Source: a virus
Lineage: Duplodnaviria; Caudoviricetes
IMG/VR virus record: IMGVR_UViG_3300035510_000286
Coordinates: 72,133 to 136,132 of that record
Strand: one strand, 5' to 3'
DNA: 64,000 nucleotides
In this document: positions 1-7,974 of the stretch, piece after piece
How the letters are laid out: the number at the start of each line of letters is the position of its first letter
Position numbering within the stretch: the stretch's first letter is position 1
The notes under the pieces: model-generated
Database searches by the model: none
What the model was told of the DNA's origin: nothing
What the model saw: the letters and a program-made list of their open reading frames with translations, nothing else
Made by a program: the position numbers and the translations under genes

Positions 1-126
1 ACTCATATAGGAAGAGACTCTATTGTTCCTGTTGCTCCTGTTATTAAGATTTCAAAGGATGCCCTGCTACTTTCTTCTGCTTCTACCGAGGCTTTAATTG
101 AAGAACTGCGCAAAAGAGTTCTTTGA
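1..126 (+). CDS. 3' end of a hypothetical protein (truncated by window)
   Basis: Open frame from base 1 to TGA at 124-126, followed by a promoter. Confidence 0.5.
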   Translation, partial: THIGRDSIVPVAPVIKISKDALLLSSASTEALIEELRKRVL

Positions 127-165
127 AATTTTAAGAAATTTATTATATAATGTATATAGAAAGTG
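123..165 (+). promoter_or_regulatory. SigA/sigma70-type early promoter (TTGAAA-N17-TATAAT, followed by nTnTATAGAAAG); near copies near 588, 1361, 7659, 10581, 13337, 17581, 25246, 31186, 45783
   Basis: ttgaaattttaagaaatttattatataatgtatatagaaag; the same architecture recurs upstream of many TAG-free genes. Confidence 0.8.
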
Positions 166-176
166 AGGGAACCGAT

Positions 177-416
177 ATGAGTTATTTCAGTTATGAAGTT
201 AAGGTTTATTCTACGGAAGCTTGCGCAATACTTGAATCTTATCAAGGTATCGTAACTGCTGAGGATTACCATGAAGCTATGGATCAAGTGATGGATTTCT
301 ATGGGGCTGAATATCTTAGTAGTATTCGTCTTGAGGACTGGGAAACTGAGGGCACGGTTCTTGAGCTTACCGAACAGGCAATTCGTGACTTGAGAGGAGA
401 CGAAGTAAATGGATAA
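177..416 (+). CDS. small acidic hypothetical protein
   Basis: ATG after RBS gagggaa; ORF track 150..416. Confidence 0.7.
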   Translation: MSYFSYEVKVYSTEACAILESYQGIVTAEDYHEAMDQVMDFYGAEYLSSIRLEDWETEGTVLELTEQAIRDLRGDEVNG

Positions 417-591
417 GAATGTGCGGAAATTGCGGCTCGAAAACCGCATTAACCTGCTGCAAAATAAAGGTGACTTTAATCAGCGAATCGTGAATAAGTT
501 GAAGCGGGAACTGAGAAAATTCTAGGAATTAAAGTTTACTAGTATTGAGCTAGTAGATGGAAGCAGAAATGTAGCGATAAAAATTCTTTGA
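409..591 (+). CDS. small basic hypothetical protein (one TAG at 523 read as Gln)
   Basis: MDKNVRKLRLENRINLL...; overlaps the previous stop, RBS gaggag; ends at TGA 589-591 under code 15. Confidence 0.55.
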
Positions 592-641
592 TATAAAATA
601 AAAAATATTATATAATATCTATAGAAAGTTGAGGGAAGGCA

Positions 642-818
642 ATGTTTGAAATGATTCATTTCACTGGCAACGACCATGAGATTCATCGAGTGTATAATAC
701 CTACGATGAAGCGATTGATGAATATAATAGAATGAGGCTTCATGGACTTATCTATGAGAATGTTGTTATTGTCGATCTCTCGACCGGAGAAGTCGCTTAT
801 GACCATTTAGATGGTTGA
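642..818 (+). CDS. hypothetical protein, 58 aa
   Basis: MFEMIHFTGNDHE...; promoter and RBS upstream. Confidence 0.65.
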   Translation: MFEMIHFTGNDHEIHRVYNTYDEAIDEYNRMRLHGLIYENVVIVDLSTGEVAYDHLDG

Positions 819-843
819 CTGCTAGGAAAGACTAGCTCGATAA

Positions 844-929
844 GGCGGTGTGATGAAACCGGTAGACATAGCGGACTTAAAATCCGCTGGCTTTATGCCG
901 TAAGGGTTCAAGTCCCTTCACCGCTACCA
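844..929 (+). tRNA. tRNA-Leu(TAA)
   Basis: Anticodon arm gcgga-cttaaaa-tccgc, long variable arm, GTTCAAGT T-loop, encoded CCA. Confidence 0.93.
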
Positions 930-1023
930 GTCGGCCTCCTTGGAGTGGAGGGGCCAAGATATTAGTTCTACGGAGCTAATAGGATAAAGTAAAGATGCGT
1001 CTTGAAATATCAAACTCCATTAT

Positions 1024-1101
1024 GCAGGAGTGACGCAATGTGGTAGACGTAGCTGTCTCAAAAACAGCATATTTTGGGTTCGAGTCCCATCTCCTGTACC
1101 A
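1024..1101 (+). tRNA. tRNA-Leu(CAA), short variable loop
   Basis: gctgt-ctcaaaa-acagc, T-arm tggg-ttcgagt-ccca, acceptor gcaggag/ctcctgt, ACCA. Confidence 0.88.
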
Positions 1102-1105
1102 TTAT

Positions 1106-1178
1106 GCAGGATTGGCGTAATGCAGCGTATTTGCTCAAAAGGCAAAGAATAGAGGTTCAAATCCTCTATCCTGCACAA
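1106..1178 (+). tRNA. atypical or pseudo tRNA (loop tcaaaag, apparent AAA anticodon, ends ACAA)
   Basis: Perfect acceptor gcaggat/atcctgc and T-arm agagg-ttcaaat-cctct, but C33, a short D-arm and no CCA. Confidence 0.55.
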
Positions 1179-1181
1179 TAT

Positions 1182-1255
1182 GCGGATGTAGTTCAACGAT
1201 AGAACGCTAGCCTTCCAAGCTAGATATGAGGGTTTGATTCCCTTCGTTCGCTCCA
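1182..1255 (+). tRNA. tRNA-Gly(TCC)
   Basis: ctagc-cttccaa-gctag; ends TCCA. Confidence 0.88.
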
Positions 1256-1431
1256 CGGTAGTCTTTAATCTACCTAATTTTAGTTCTTTACTGATATAAA
1301 CTCCTTTTTAGTATAGAGGTTTAAGCCGAGGGTTTCTCTATAATATAAACTTCGGCATCTTTTGAAATTTAATAAAAAATATTATATAATATCTATAGAA
1401 ATTAAGAAGAGCGTACTAAGGAGGAAGCAAA

Positions 1432-1557
1432 ATGTTTGACGATTTTGATACTCAGATTCAGAGTGACGAGATGGCATGGAAATATGAGCTTCTTGAGGAG
1501 TTTGCGGAAGAGTTAGCTACAGATGTTCCGGTAGTCCAATCGGCAGGAGACAAATGA
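1432..1557 (+). CDS. 41-aa acidic micro-protein overlapping tRNA-Leu(TAG)
   Basis: RBS aaggagg, promoter at about 1361; MFDDFDTQIQSDEMAWKYELLEEFAEE... Confidence 0.55.
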   Translation: MFDDFDTQIQSDEMAWKYELLEEFAEELATDVPVVQSAGDK

Positions 1558-1602
1558 TTTAGGTTCATTTCAGTGAGAGTTCGAGTCTCTCTCGGAACAC
1601 CA
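1525..1602 (+). tRNA. tRNA-Leu(TAG), short variable loop
   Basis: aatga-tttaggt-tcatt; T-arm gagag-ttcgagt-ctctc; ACCA. Confidence 0.88.
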
Positions 1603-1861
1603 GCGATCGCTGCACGTCGCTTAATTATTAGATGCAGTAAAGATACGAGTATGGTATCCGGCGCTTCGATAGTCGTTAAAGGTGAGATAAAACTGAATCG
1701 AAAAGCGTTACATTGGTTTAATACTTAAGCTACCACCGGCTTTAGGAGATACGTGGCATTGTGAGAACGCTATATAAGAAGCAAAGTAAAGTATATCCAG
1801 GTTTAAGAGTACCTTGGGTTTTAGAAACTTGTGAAGCCTAAAACATTGAACTCTTTTATAT

Positions 1862-1950
1862 ACGGGAATCGCCTAGCGGCTGAGGGCAATGGGCTTTGAC
1901 CCCATTAGGTATTATACCTCACGTTGGTTCAAATCCAACTTCCCGTGCCA
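1862..1950 (+). tRNA. tRNA-Gln(TTG) with an unusual long variable arm
   Basis: atggg-ctttgac-cccat; 17-nt variable region taggtattatacctcac; acceptor acgggaa/ttcccgt, GCCA. Confidence 0.88.
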
Positions 1951-1965
1951 AGAAAGGAAAGTAGA

Positions 1966-2643
1966 ATGACTTGTGGAATTTATAAAATTGAAAATATGAT
2001 TAATCATCATATTTATATCGGACAAAGTCGTAATATTGAAAAAAGATGGAATAATCATAAACGAGTTAAAGAAGAAGAAAAGCACGCTATACATAGGGCT
2101 ATTGATAAATATGGCATCGAGAATTTTTCTTTTGATATTATAGAAAAATGTGAGCCAGATAAATTAAATGAAAGAGAAATCTATTGGATAAGTAAATATA
2201 ATAGTTACGAAAGAGGATATAATGAGACCCGCGGAGGACAAGGGTTTGCAGCTACAGTCAAGTTGACTTTATCCCAGGTTGAAGAAATAACTAATTTATT
2301 AAAAACAAATCAATATACTAATTTAGAAATAGCAAAAAAATTTGAAGTTTCAGAAAATACAATTTGTGGCATTAATACTGGTTATAATTGGAAAAGACAA
2401 GGCATTGACTATCCAATAGCAAAAGAAAGAGTTAAACCTGCTCAACAAAATTATTGTATTGATTGTGGAAAATTAATAACTTCTCAAGCTGTAAGATGCG
2501 TAAAATGCGCTTCTATAGCCTCTCGTAAAGTAAATAGGCCCAATAAAGAAGAATTGAAAGATTTTTTAATTAAAAACAATGGCAATTTTACTAAAGCTAG
2601 TTAGAAATATGGAGTATCTGATTAGGCTATTAGAAAATGGTGA
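1966..2643 (+). CDS. free-standing GIY-YIG endonuclease with C-terminal HTH (two TAG read as Gln)
   Basis: MTCGIYKIEN...YIGQS motif; reading through TAG gives ASQKYGVSDQAIRKW, an HTH-like end. Confidence 0.85.
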
Positions 2644-2697
2644 CTTACCTTATCATTCAAGAGATTATAAAATAAAAAATAATTAAATCTTATAATA

Positions 2698-2803
2698 AGA
2701 CGCTTACAGCAACTTTTTAAAACAAGTAATTTGATTAATGTACTTTCAAAAAGTAGTGCCTTTCTTTGCGGAGATTGGATAACAAAATTTAAAGCGTCTA
2801 GTT
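2698..2803 (+). repeat. stem/ACAGCAA element, copy 1 (putative ncRNA)
   Basis: AGACGCTT-ACAGCAA...AAGCGTCT-AGTT, 8-bp closing stem. Confidence 0.6.
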
Positions 2804-2827
2804 TATTTAAAAAGGAGCAAGAGAAAA

Positions 2828-3055
2828 ATGATTCATTTTAGTGATTGTGGAACTTGTAACTCTGCTTTTAATTTCAATGCGGTTTCTGCGGATGCGGCTG
2901 CGCGAGAGCTAGCTATGCATCCCGAGTGGGTTAGAGATGAAGTGGCACAGGACCGGGTTTGCCGCAAATATGGCATTTTCTTAGACCAGATTACAGATGA
3001 TGAAGCATCTTACATTTCTTCTCTTGTTATTGAATACGCGAGGGCAATGCGATGA
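2828..3055 (+). CDS. hypothetical protein
   Basis: ORF track; RBS aaggag. Confidence 0.7.
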   Translation: MIHFSDCGTCNSAFNFNAVSADAAARELAMHPEWVRDEVAQDRVCRKYGIFLDQITDDEASYISSLVIEYARAMR

Positions 3056-3192
3056 AATTTAAAGATTTAGAAAGAGGTATGTTTCGCTGGAAAGGCTTAG
3101 TTTATACTAAGTTTTGTAGGACGGCAGCGGCTGTTATTACTTCTGGTAAAGTAGTTAGATTTGAAGCAGAAGAAGAGATAGAAGAAATGTGA
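3052..3192 (+). CDS. small hypothetical protein, 46 aa
   Basis: ATGA overlap with the previous gene; MKFKDLERGMFRWKG... Confidence 0.6.
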   Translation: MKFKDLERGMFRWKGLVYTKFCRTAAAVITSGKVVRFEAEEEIEEM

Positions 3193-3198
3193 AAATAT

Positions 3199-3274
3199 TC
3201 TAGTGTAGCTTAGTAGGTTAAAGCCTCCGACTTATAATCGGAAAACTAGGGTTCAAATCCCTACACTAGGACCA
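3199..3274 (+). tRNA. tRNA-Ile(TAT)
   Basis: tccga-cttataa-tcgga; T-arm taggg-ttcaaat-cccta; ACCA. Confidence 0.88.
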
Positions 3275-3344
3275 AGCGCTTCGCGCTACATATACCTTGC
3301 CTCCAGTGTTTTAGTCCTAAGTATGACTTAAAACTGCTTAATAT

Positions 3345-3421
3345 GCGTCAGTGGCCAAGTTGGTAAGGCTCCAAACTTTTAATTTGGAAATGCGTGAGTT
3401 CAAGTCTCACCTGACGCACCA
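3345..3421 (+). tRNA. tRNA-Lys(TTT)
   Basis: ccaaa-cttttaa-tttgg; acceptor gcgtcag/ctgacgc; ACCA. Confidence 0.92.
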
Positions 3422-3424
3422 TTT

Positions 3425-3486
3425 TAGACACTCACAGCAACTATTCTAAAGATTTAATGTTATAAAATTTTTGCCTGTGTCTAGTT
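3425..3486 (+). repeat. stem/ACAGCAA element, copy 2 (putative ncRNA)
   Basis: TAGACAC-tc-ACAGCAA...GTGTCTA-GTT, 3 nt after the tRNA-Lys CCA. Confidence 0.6.
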
Positions 3487-3578
3487 ATTTTAAATTTAGA
3501 AAGGAGAATATGAATGTACGATATTGATGATTTTATTTTTGGAAATGAGACTCCCACTATCAGCAATAGATGAATATG

Positions 3579-3632
3579 ATGTATAATGCGGCCGATGGTG
3601 GTTCCAAGCCCACACAAACGCAGAGGATACAT
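3579..3632 (+). ncRNA. twister self-cleaving ribozyme (type P1)
   Basis: ATGTA-TAA-TGC-GGCC-GATG-GTGG-TTCCAAGC-CCAC-ACAAAC-GCA-GAGGA-TACAT matches the twister P1/P2/P4 layout and conserved UAA, GCC, AAGC, GAG nucleotides. Confidence 0.8.
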
Positions 3633-3722
3633 AGAGGATTACCCAAGTTAGGTTATAAGGGGTCAGTTCGCTAAACTGATAGGGCTACGGCCGCAAGAGT
3701 TCAAATCTCTTATCCTCTGCCA
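3633..3722 (+). tRNA. tRNA-Ser(GCT) (atypical C33)
   Basis: tcagt-tcgctaa-actga, long variable arm, acceptor agaggat/atcctct, GCCA. Confidence 0.85.
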
Positions 3723-3725
3723 TAG

Positions 3726-3767
3726 TAGATACCAACAGCAAACTTTCTGGTAATGTAGTATCTAGTT
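3726..3767 (+). repeat. stem/ACAGCAA element, copy 3 (putative ncRNA)
   Basis: TAGATAC-ca-ACAGCAA...GTATCTA-GTT, 3 nt after the tRNA-Ser CCA. Confidence 0.6.
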
Positions 3768-3769
3768 TT

Positions 3770-3803
3770 AAGGCTTCCTTCTTACGAGGGAAGCCTTTCT
3801 TTT
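3770..3803 (+). terminator. rho-independent terminator ending the tRNA cluster
   Basis: aaggcttccttc-ttac-gagggaagcctt followed by a T tract. Confidence 0.8.
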
Positions 3804-3817
3804 ATGCTTAAAACCCT

Positions 3818-3862
3818 GGACAAAAATATGTAATTCATAGTTTTAATTTTTTAGAATACTAT
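3818..3862 (+). promoter_or_regulatory. putative phage-specific (late) promoter motif GGACAAA-N6-TAA-N12-T-tract-ATA
   Basis: Same spaced motif at about 22532, 38376, 41335, 51180, 57842 (+) and 60529, 60894, 63760 (-). Confidence 0.55.
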
Positions 3863-3871
3863 GAGATAGTA

Positions 3872-4228
3872 TTGAAAAGGGGAGACTTGCATATGATTAC
3901 AGCTAGTACAAATAATATTCGCAAGACTTTCTATAATATGGCTGAGTTCTTATGCGATTATCAAAGTGATGTAGCTGATCTGCCTACTGATTGCGGCGTT
4001 GGCTCTAAAGCTACTGTAATCGAGAACTCTAATGTTTATATCCTAAATGGCGCAAAACTTTGGATCTTGCAAAGTAGCGGCAATACTTCTGGAGGTAACT
4101 CCTCTGGCGGAAACACACCCAACACAGGCGACACTATTATCTATGAGGGCGGCGATTTGGAAGATTCTTCCAGCGACGATAACAATAGTAATGTAGTCTA
4201 TGAAGGTACGGATTTAGATTTAGGCTAA
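3872..4228 (+). CDS. hypothetical protein, probably structural (start possibly 3893)
   Basis: ORF track; Gly/Ser/Asn linker and repeated YEGxDL motif. Confidence 0.7.
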   Translation: MKRGDLHMITASTNNIRKTFYNMAEFLCDYQSDVADLPTDCGVGSKATVIENSNVYILNGAKLWILQSSGNTSGGNSSGGNTPNTGDTIIYEGGDLEDSSSDDNNSNVVYEGTDLDLG

Positions 4229-4248
4229 TTATAGAGGGGTGAAGAAAT

Positions 4249-4614
4249 TTGGCCGAAGTAGTTTATAATACTATATTTAAATTCAAACGTGGTAGTGCGG
4301 AAACATGGACACGACTAAACCCGGTTCTTGAATCTGGTGAGCCTGGATATGAAAAAGATACAGGTAAACTTAAGATTGGTGATGGCACTACTGCTTGGAA
4401 TGATTTAAAATACTTCGAAGGAGAAGGTACACTTTCTCCTGACGGAAAAACACTTACTATAAGTGGTGATGCAATTTCTCTTATGGGGTTTGAAACGGCT
4501 TCTGCAGGCCAGTCTATTCGCAAAACCGAATCTGGAGAAATTGAGTGGTTTAAACCTCTTTCCGCAGATGATACTTTAGTTCTATATGGTGGTTCTGCTA
4601 CCGATAACATCTGA
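4249..4614 (+). CDS. Mtd_N / hyaluronidase N-terminal-like tail fibre domain protein
   Basis: FKRGSAETWTRLNPVLESGEPGYEKDTGKLKIGDGTTAWNDLKYF. Confidence 0.8.
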   Translation: MAEVVYNTIFKFKRGSAETWTRLNPVLESGEPGYEKDTGKLKIGDGTTAWNDLKYFEGEGTLSPDGKTLTISGDAISLMGFETASAGQSIRKTESGEIEWFKPLSADDTLVLYGGSATDNI

Positions 4615-4628
4615 ATAAGGAGGTTAAT

Positions 4629-5126
4629 ATGAACGCTATTATTCGTCTTAGACGAGACAATGACTATAACTATGCTAAGATTGCAGATACTTTCGTTCCT
4701 GCTAATGGAGAAATCTGTCTAGTGGATACCGCATCAAAAGGCTTAATGGCAGTGTGCGGCGATGGCGTTACTGCATTCTCTGGGCTAGAATATAGTAATG
4801 AAATTGTTATATTAGGTTACTTCTTTGAAGGAGCCTTTTATAAAGACTCAGAGCATACTGAACTCTATAATGCTTTGAGTAATAGAGTTTATGTGGATTC
4901 AGAATAGGGAGCTTTTTACTATGATGGGAATGAATTCGTGTCTTTAAGTGGCTCTCTACCTACCGCTTCCGCACAGACTGCTGGTGTTATGAAGCTTTAT
5001 GATACTACGGGTGATGCTATCGATGGTTCGATGACTCAACGTAGTATCACAGAAAATCTTAATAAAAAGATTGAAGCTTCTTTAAATGCCGAAGAAGAAG
5101 AGTTAATTATTTCAAAACTAATTTAA
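4629..5126 (+). CDS. Mtd_N-like fibre-associated protein (TAG at 4905 read as Gln joins two ORF-track fragments)
   Basis: IRLRRD...GEICLVD...GDG motif; 4629..4907 and 4938..5126 are in the same frame. Confidence 0.75.
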
Positions 5127-5142
5127 TGGAGGAATTTAAACA

Positions 5143-6375
5143 ATGGCTTATACTTATGAGAATACTCCTGTCCTTTCAAAGGTTAAGATTGGCGACAGTG
5201 TTTATTTTGTCAAGGACGCTGACGTCCGTGCTATAATCGACGAATATGGTGACATTGTTTCTTACAATGTTGAGACTACTCTGACTGATGGTTCTAACAT
5301 TCCTACTGGTGCTGCTGTTACTGCCGCTATTAAGAATGGTGTTGCTGGTGTCACTGGCGCAATGCACTTCATCGGCGTTAAGGACTCCGTGCCTACAGAC
5401 TATGATGGTGCTGCCGGTGATTTAATTATTGTCGGTACTAAAGAGTATGTCTATGATGGTAAGAATTTTGTTGAGCTCGGCGATGAGGCCATTTATCTGA
5501 CTACTGCTTCTGCTGAGACTAACTATGTGCAGAAAACCTTCACCATTGCTGGCATTGATATGCAGGACGACATCACAGTTGCTGAGATTAAGAGTGCTCT
5601 TGGTCTAAAGGCTCTTGCATATAAGGATTCCGCTTCTGGTTCTTTATCTGATTATGTTACCGGTCTTACTGGTGCTGATTATACTCCTGCTGGTACTATC
5701 GCAGCTTCTGTGGCTACGACTGCTACTACTATTGAGTCCACTGGCGCATATACTCCTGCCGGTTCAGTTACTGGTACAGTGACTCCTACCGGTACTGTGG
5801 CAATTGCTGCTGATAATGCTAATGGTTTCCAGATTACTGGTTCTGTTGACGCTCCTACTGTTACAGTGACTCCTGCTACTGCTCAAGTGCAGCACATTAA
5901 GTCTGTTGGTACTTTACCTTCTTATACTGCTGCTTCTTATACCGCTCCTAGCGTGTCTGAGACTACAGGCTCTTTTGCTACAGCCGGTATGACCGCTTCA
6001 GTTGAAGATGAAGTGCTGACTTTCGCTGATGCTTCTACAGCTAGTGCTCTGACTGCTACTGGATTTAAGGCAGGTTCTTTCACCGATGGTACTTTCTCTG
6101 CTGGTACTCTGCCCACTCTGGCTGATGCTCAGACTGTTGTGACTGGTATTACATCTGCTACCGCAAGTGCACCTACTTTCACTGGCGGCAAGATTTCTGC
6201 TACCTTCACTGGTACTTCTGATAATATCTCTGCTAAGTTCACTGGTACCGAGGGCTCTGTGAGTGTGTCTGGTAGCTATGATAAGGCTACTAGCGCTTCT
6301 GCCGAGTTTACTGGTACTAAGGCTACTATTACTCCCACTCTTACTAAGGGTTCTAAAACTGTTACTGTTTCCTGA
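5143..6375 (+). CDS. Thr/Ala-rich virion fibre-like protein
   Basis: 410 aa; repeated YTPAG(T/S) and FTGT motifs; GAMHFIGV domain typical of phage fibre proteins. Confidence 0.75.
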   Translation: MAYTYENTPVLSKVKIGDSVYFVKDADVRAIIDEYGDIVSYNVETTLTDGSNIPTGAAVTAAIKNGVAGVTGAMHFIGVKDSVPTDYDGAAGDLIIVGTKEYVYDGKNFVELGDEAIYLTTASAETNYVQKTFTIAGIDMQDDITVAEIKSALGLKALAYKDSASGSLSDYVTGLTGADYTPAGTIAASVATTATTIESTGAYTPAGSVTGTVTPTGTVAIAADNANGFQITGSVDAPTVTVTPATAQVQHIKSVGTLPSYTAASYTAPSVSETTGSFATAGMTASVEDEVLTFADASTASALTATGFKAGSFTDGTFSAGTLPTLADAQTVVTGITSATASAPTFTGGKISATFTGTSDNISAKFTGTEGSVSVSGSYDKATSASAEFTGTKATITPTLTKGSKTVTVS

Positions 6376-6407
6376 TTTAAGCAATTACTAAAGGACGGTG
6401 AAAGTAA

Positions 6408-7592
6408 GTGGCAGAATTATCTAAAATAAAATTAGGTGGCACCACTTACACCATTAAAGATAAAGATGCGAGGGATCGTCTTGATGCCGTTGAGACGACC
6501 CTCGCATCGGGGCTTATCTTTAAGGGTACAGTCTCAAGTGCTGCCGGTATTACAGGATTAACAAATTATAAAATTGGTTGGACTTACAAAGCCTCTGCCT
6601 CTTTTAGTATAACAAATATAGGAAGCATAGAATCAGGAGACATGATTATTTGTGTTTCTGAGTATAGTTCTTCCTATAAAGCAACAGACTGGACTGTGGT
6701 TCAGAATAATGTTGATACATTTACAGGCGCAAGTGCGAGTGCGGCAGGTACAAGGGGTTTAGTACCCGGGCCCTCCGCAGGCAGTCAAGCTAAGTTCTTG
6801 CGTGGAGATGCAACTTGGGCATCTATAGACTCAGTACCTAAATTAACTACTGCCCGCACAATAACTGTAGGTGGCGATGAATCAGGTTCTGCTTCTTTTG
6901 ATGGCTCTTCTAATGTTACTATCAATCTAACTGATAATCGCTTTGTAATGGGCACTCAGACAGCTTCTACTGCAGATTGGACTGGTAATTTACATGGCGT
7001 CAAAGCATTATATGATGGACTTTGTATTAATTATTGGCTTCCTTATGCTTCTGTGAGTAGTACTAATGTTACTTTAAATTTAACTCTCGACGATGGTACT
7101 ACTACAGGCGCTATTGATTGTTATAGATGGGCAACTTCAAGATTAACTACGCATTATGGGGCCAATTATCTTGTTACATTAACCTATCATTCTGGAGTAA
7201 ATATTAATGGAACTACTTATACTGGTTGGTGGGCTACTGGTGATGCAAATTCCACTTATTCTAATGCTTCACTAGGATAGGGTTATGCAACGTGCTCAAC
7301 AGCGGCAGCGACTGCGGCAAAGGCAGCTTCTTTAAGTAGTTATTCTTTAACTACTGGAGGTATTGTTGCTGTTAAATTCACTTATGATGTTCCTGCAAGT
7401 GCTACTTTGGATATAAATTCTAAAGGCGCAAAAAATATTTACTACAACGGAGCAGCCATTAAAGCTGGAGTAATAAATGCCGGAGATATAGCTTATTTTA
7501 TTTATAGCTCTCAATATCATTTACTAGGGAAAAATACCACTTTAGATGACGTAGCTTCTGCTTTAGACAGTGTTACATGGTTTGATTTTTGA
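6408..7592 (+). CDS. tail/head fibre-like protein (TAG at 7278 read as Gln)
   Basis: GLVPGP..KFLRGDATW and SFDGSSNVTI fibre motifs; read-through gives ASLGQGYATCSTAAATAAK, in frame with 7407..7592. Confidence 0.8.
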
Positions 7593-7596
7593 TACT

Positions 7597-7626
7597 AGGG
7601 GACTCGTTTATGAGTCCCCTTTTTTC
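7597..7626 (+). terminator. rho-independent terminator
   Basis: aggggactc-gtttat-gagtcccct followed by a T tract. Confidence 0.8.
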
Positions 7627-7808
7627 TTTAGATTTAAGGATCTTTTTTATAAAAATCTTTGAAATTTCAAAAAAAATATCATATAATATTATTGTAGTTA
7701 AGGGAACAAAACTACAACAAGGTTTACTTTTATGGGTGTTTGAAAGGGTTGGTCAACGAGGAACCCAAATCCTCCGTCGAGCTGTGGAACGTAGCCTGGG
7801 CTCTTTAT

Positions 7809-7882
7809 GGTAGATTAGTTTAATGGTAAAACGAGATACTTGTAATATCTTGTTGCCTGTTCAATTCAGGCATCTACCTCCA
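7809..7882 (+). tRNA. tRNA-Thr(TGT)
   Basis: agata-cttgtaa-tatct; acceptor ggtagat/atctacc; TCCA. Confidence 0.88.
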
Positions 7883-7885
7883 AAT

Positions 7886-7974
7886 GGAGCGGTACTGAAG
7901 CGGTCATAACAGCCTAGTCTTGAAAACTAGCGTGTCTACGAGGCACGGGGGTTCGAATCCCTCTCGCTCCGCCA
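7886..7974 (+). tRNA. tRNA-Ser(TGA)
   Basis: ctagt-cttgaaa-actag; long variable arm; GCCA. Confidence 0.92.

Noticed and set aside
930-1000. Possible HDV-like (theta) ribozyme after tRNA-Leu(TAA)
   Set aside because: Two hairpins are present but I could not build P3/L3 and P1.1 of the nested double pseudoknot
1924-1965. Upstream TTG start of the GIY-YIG ORF
   Set aside because: It lies inside tRNA-Gln; ATG 1966 has an RBS and begins at the GIY motif
7589-7813. 74-aa ORF
   Set aside because: Spans a terminator, a promoter and a tRNA leader; the minus-strand ORFs over tRNAs (1020..1256, 7904..8098) were rejected likewise
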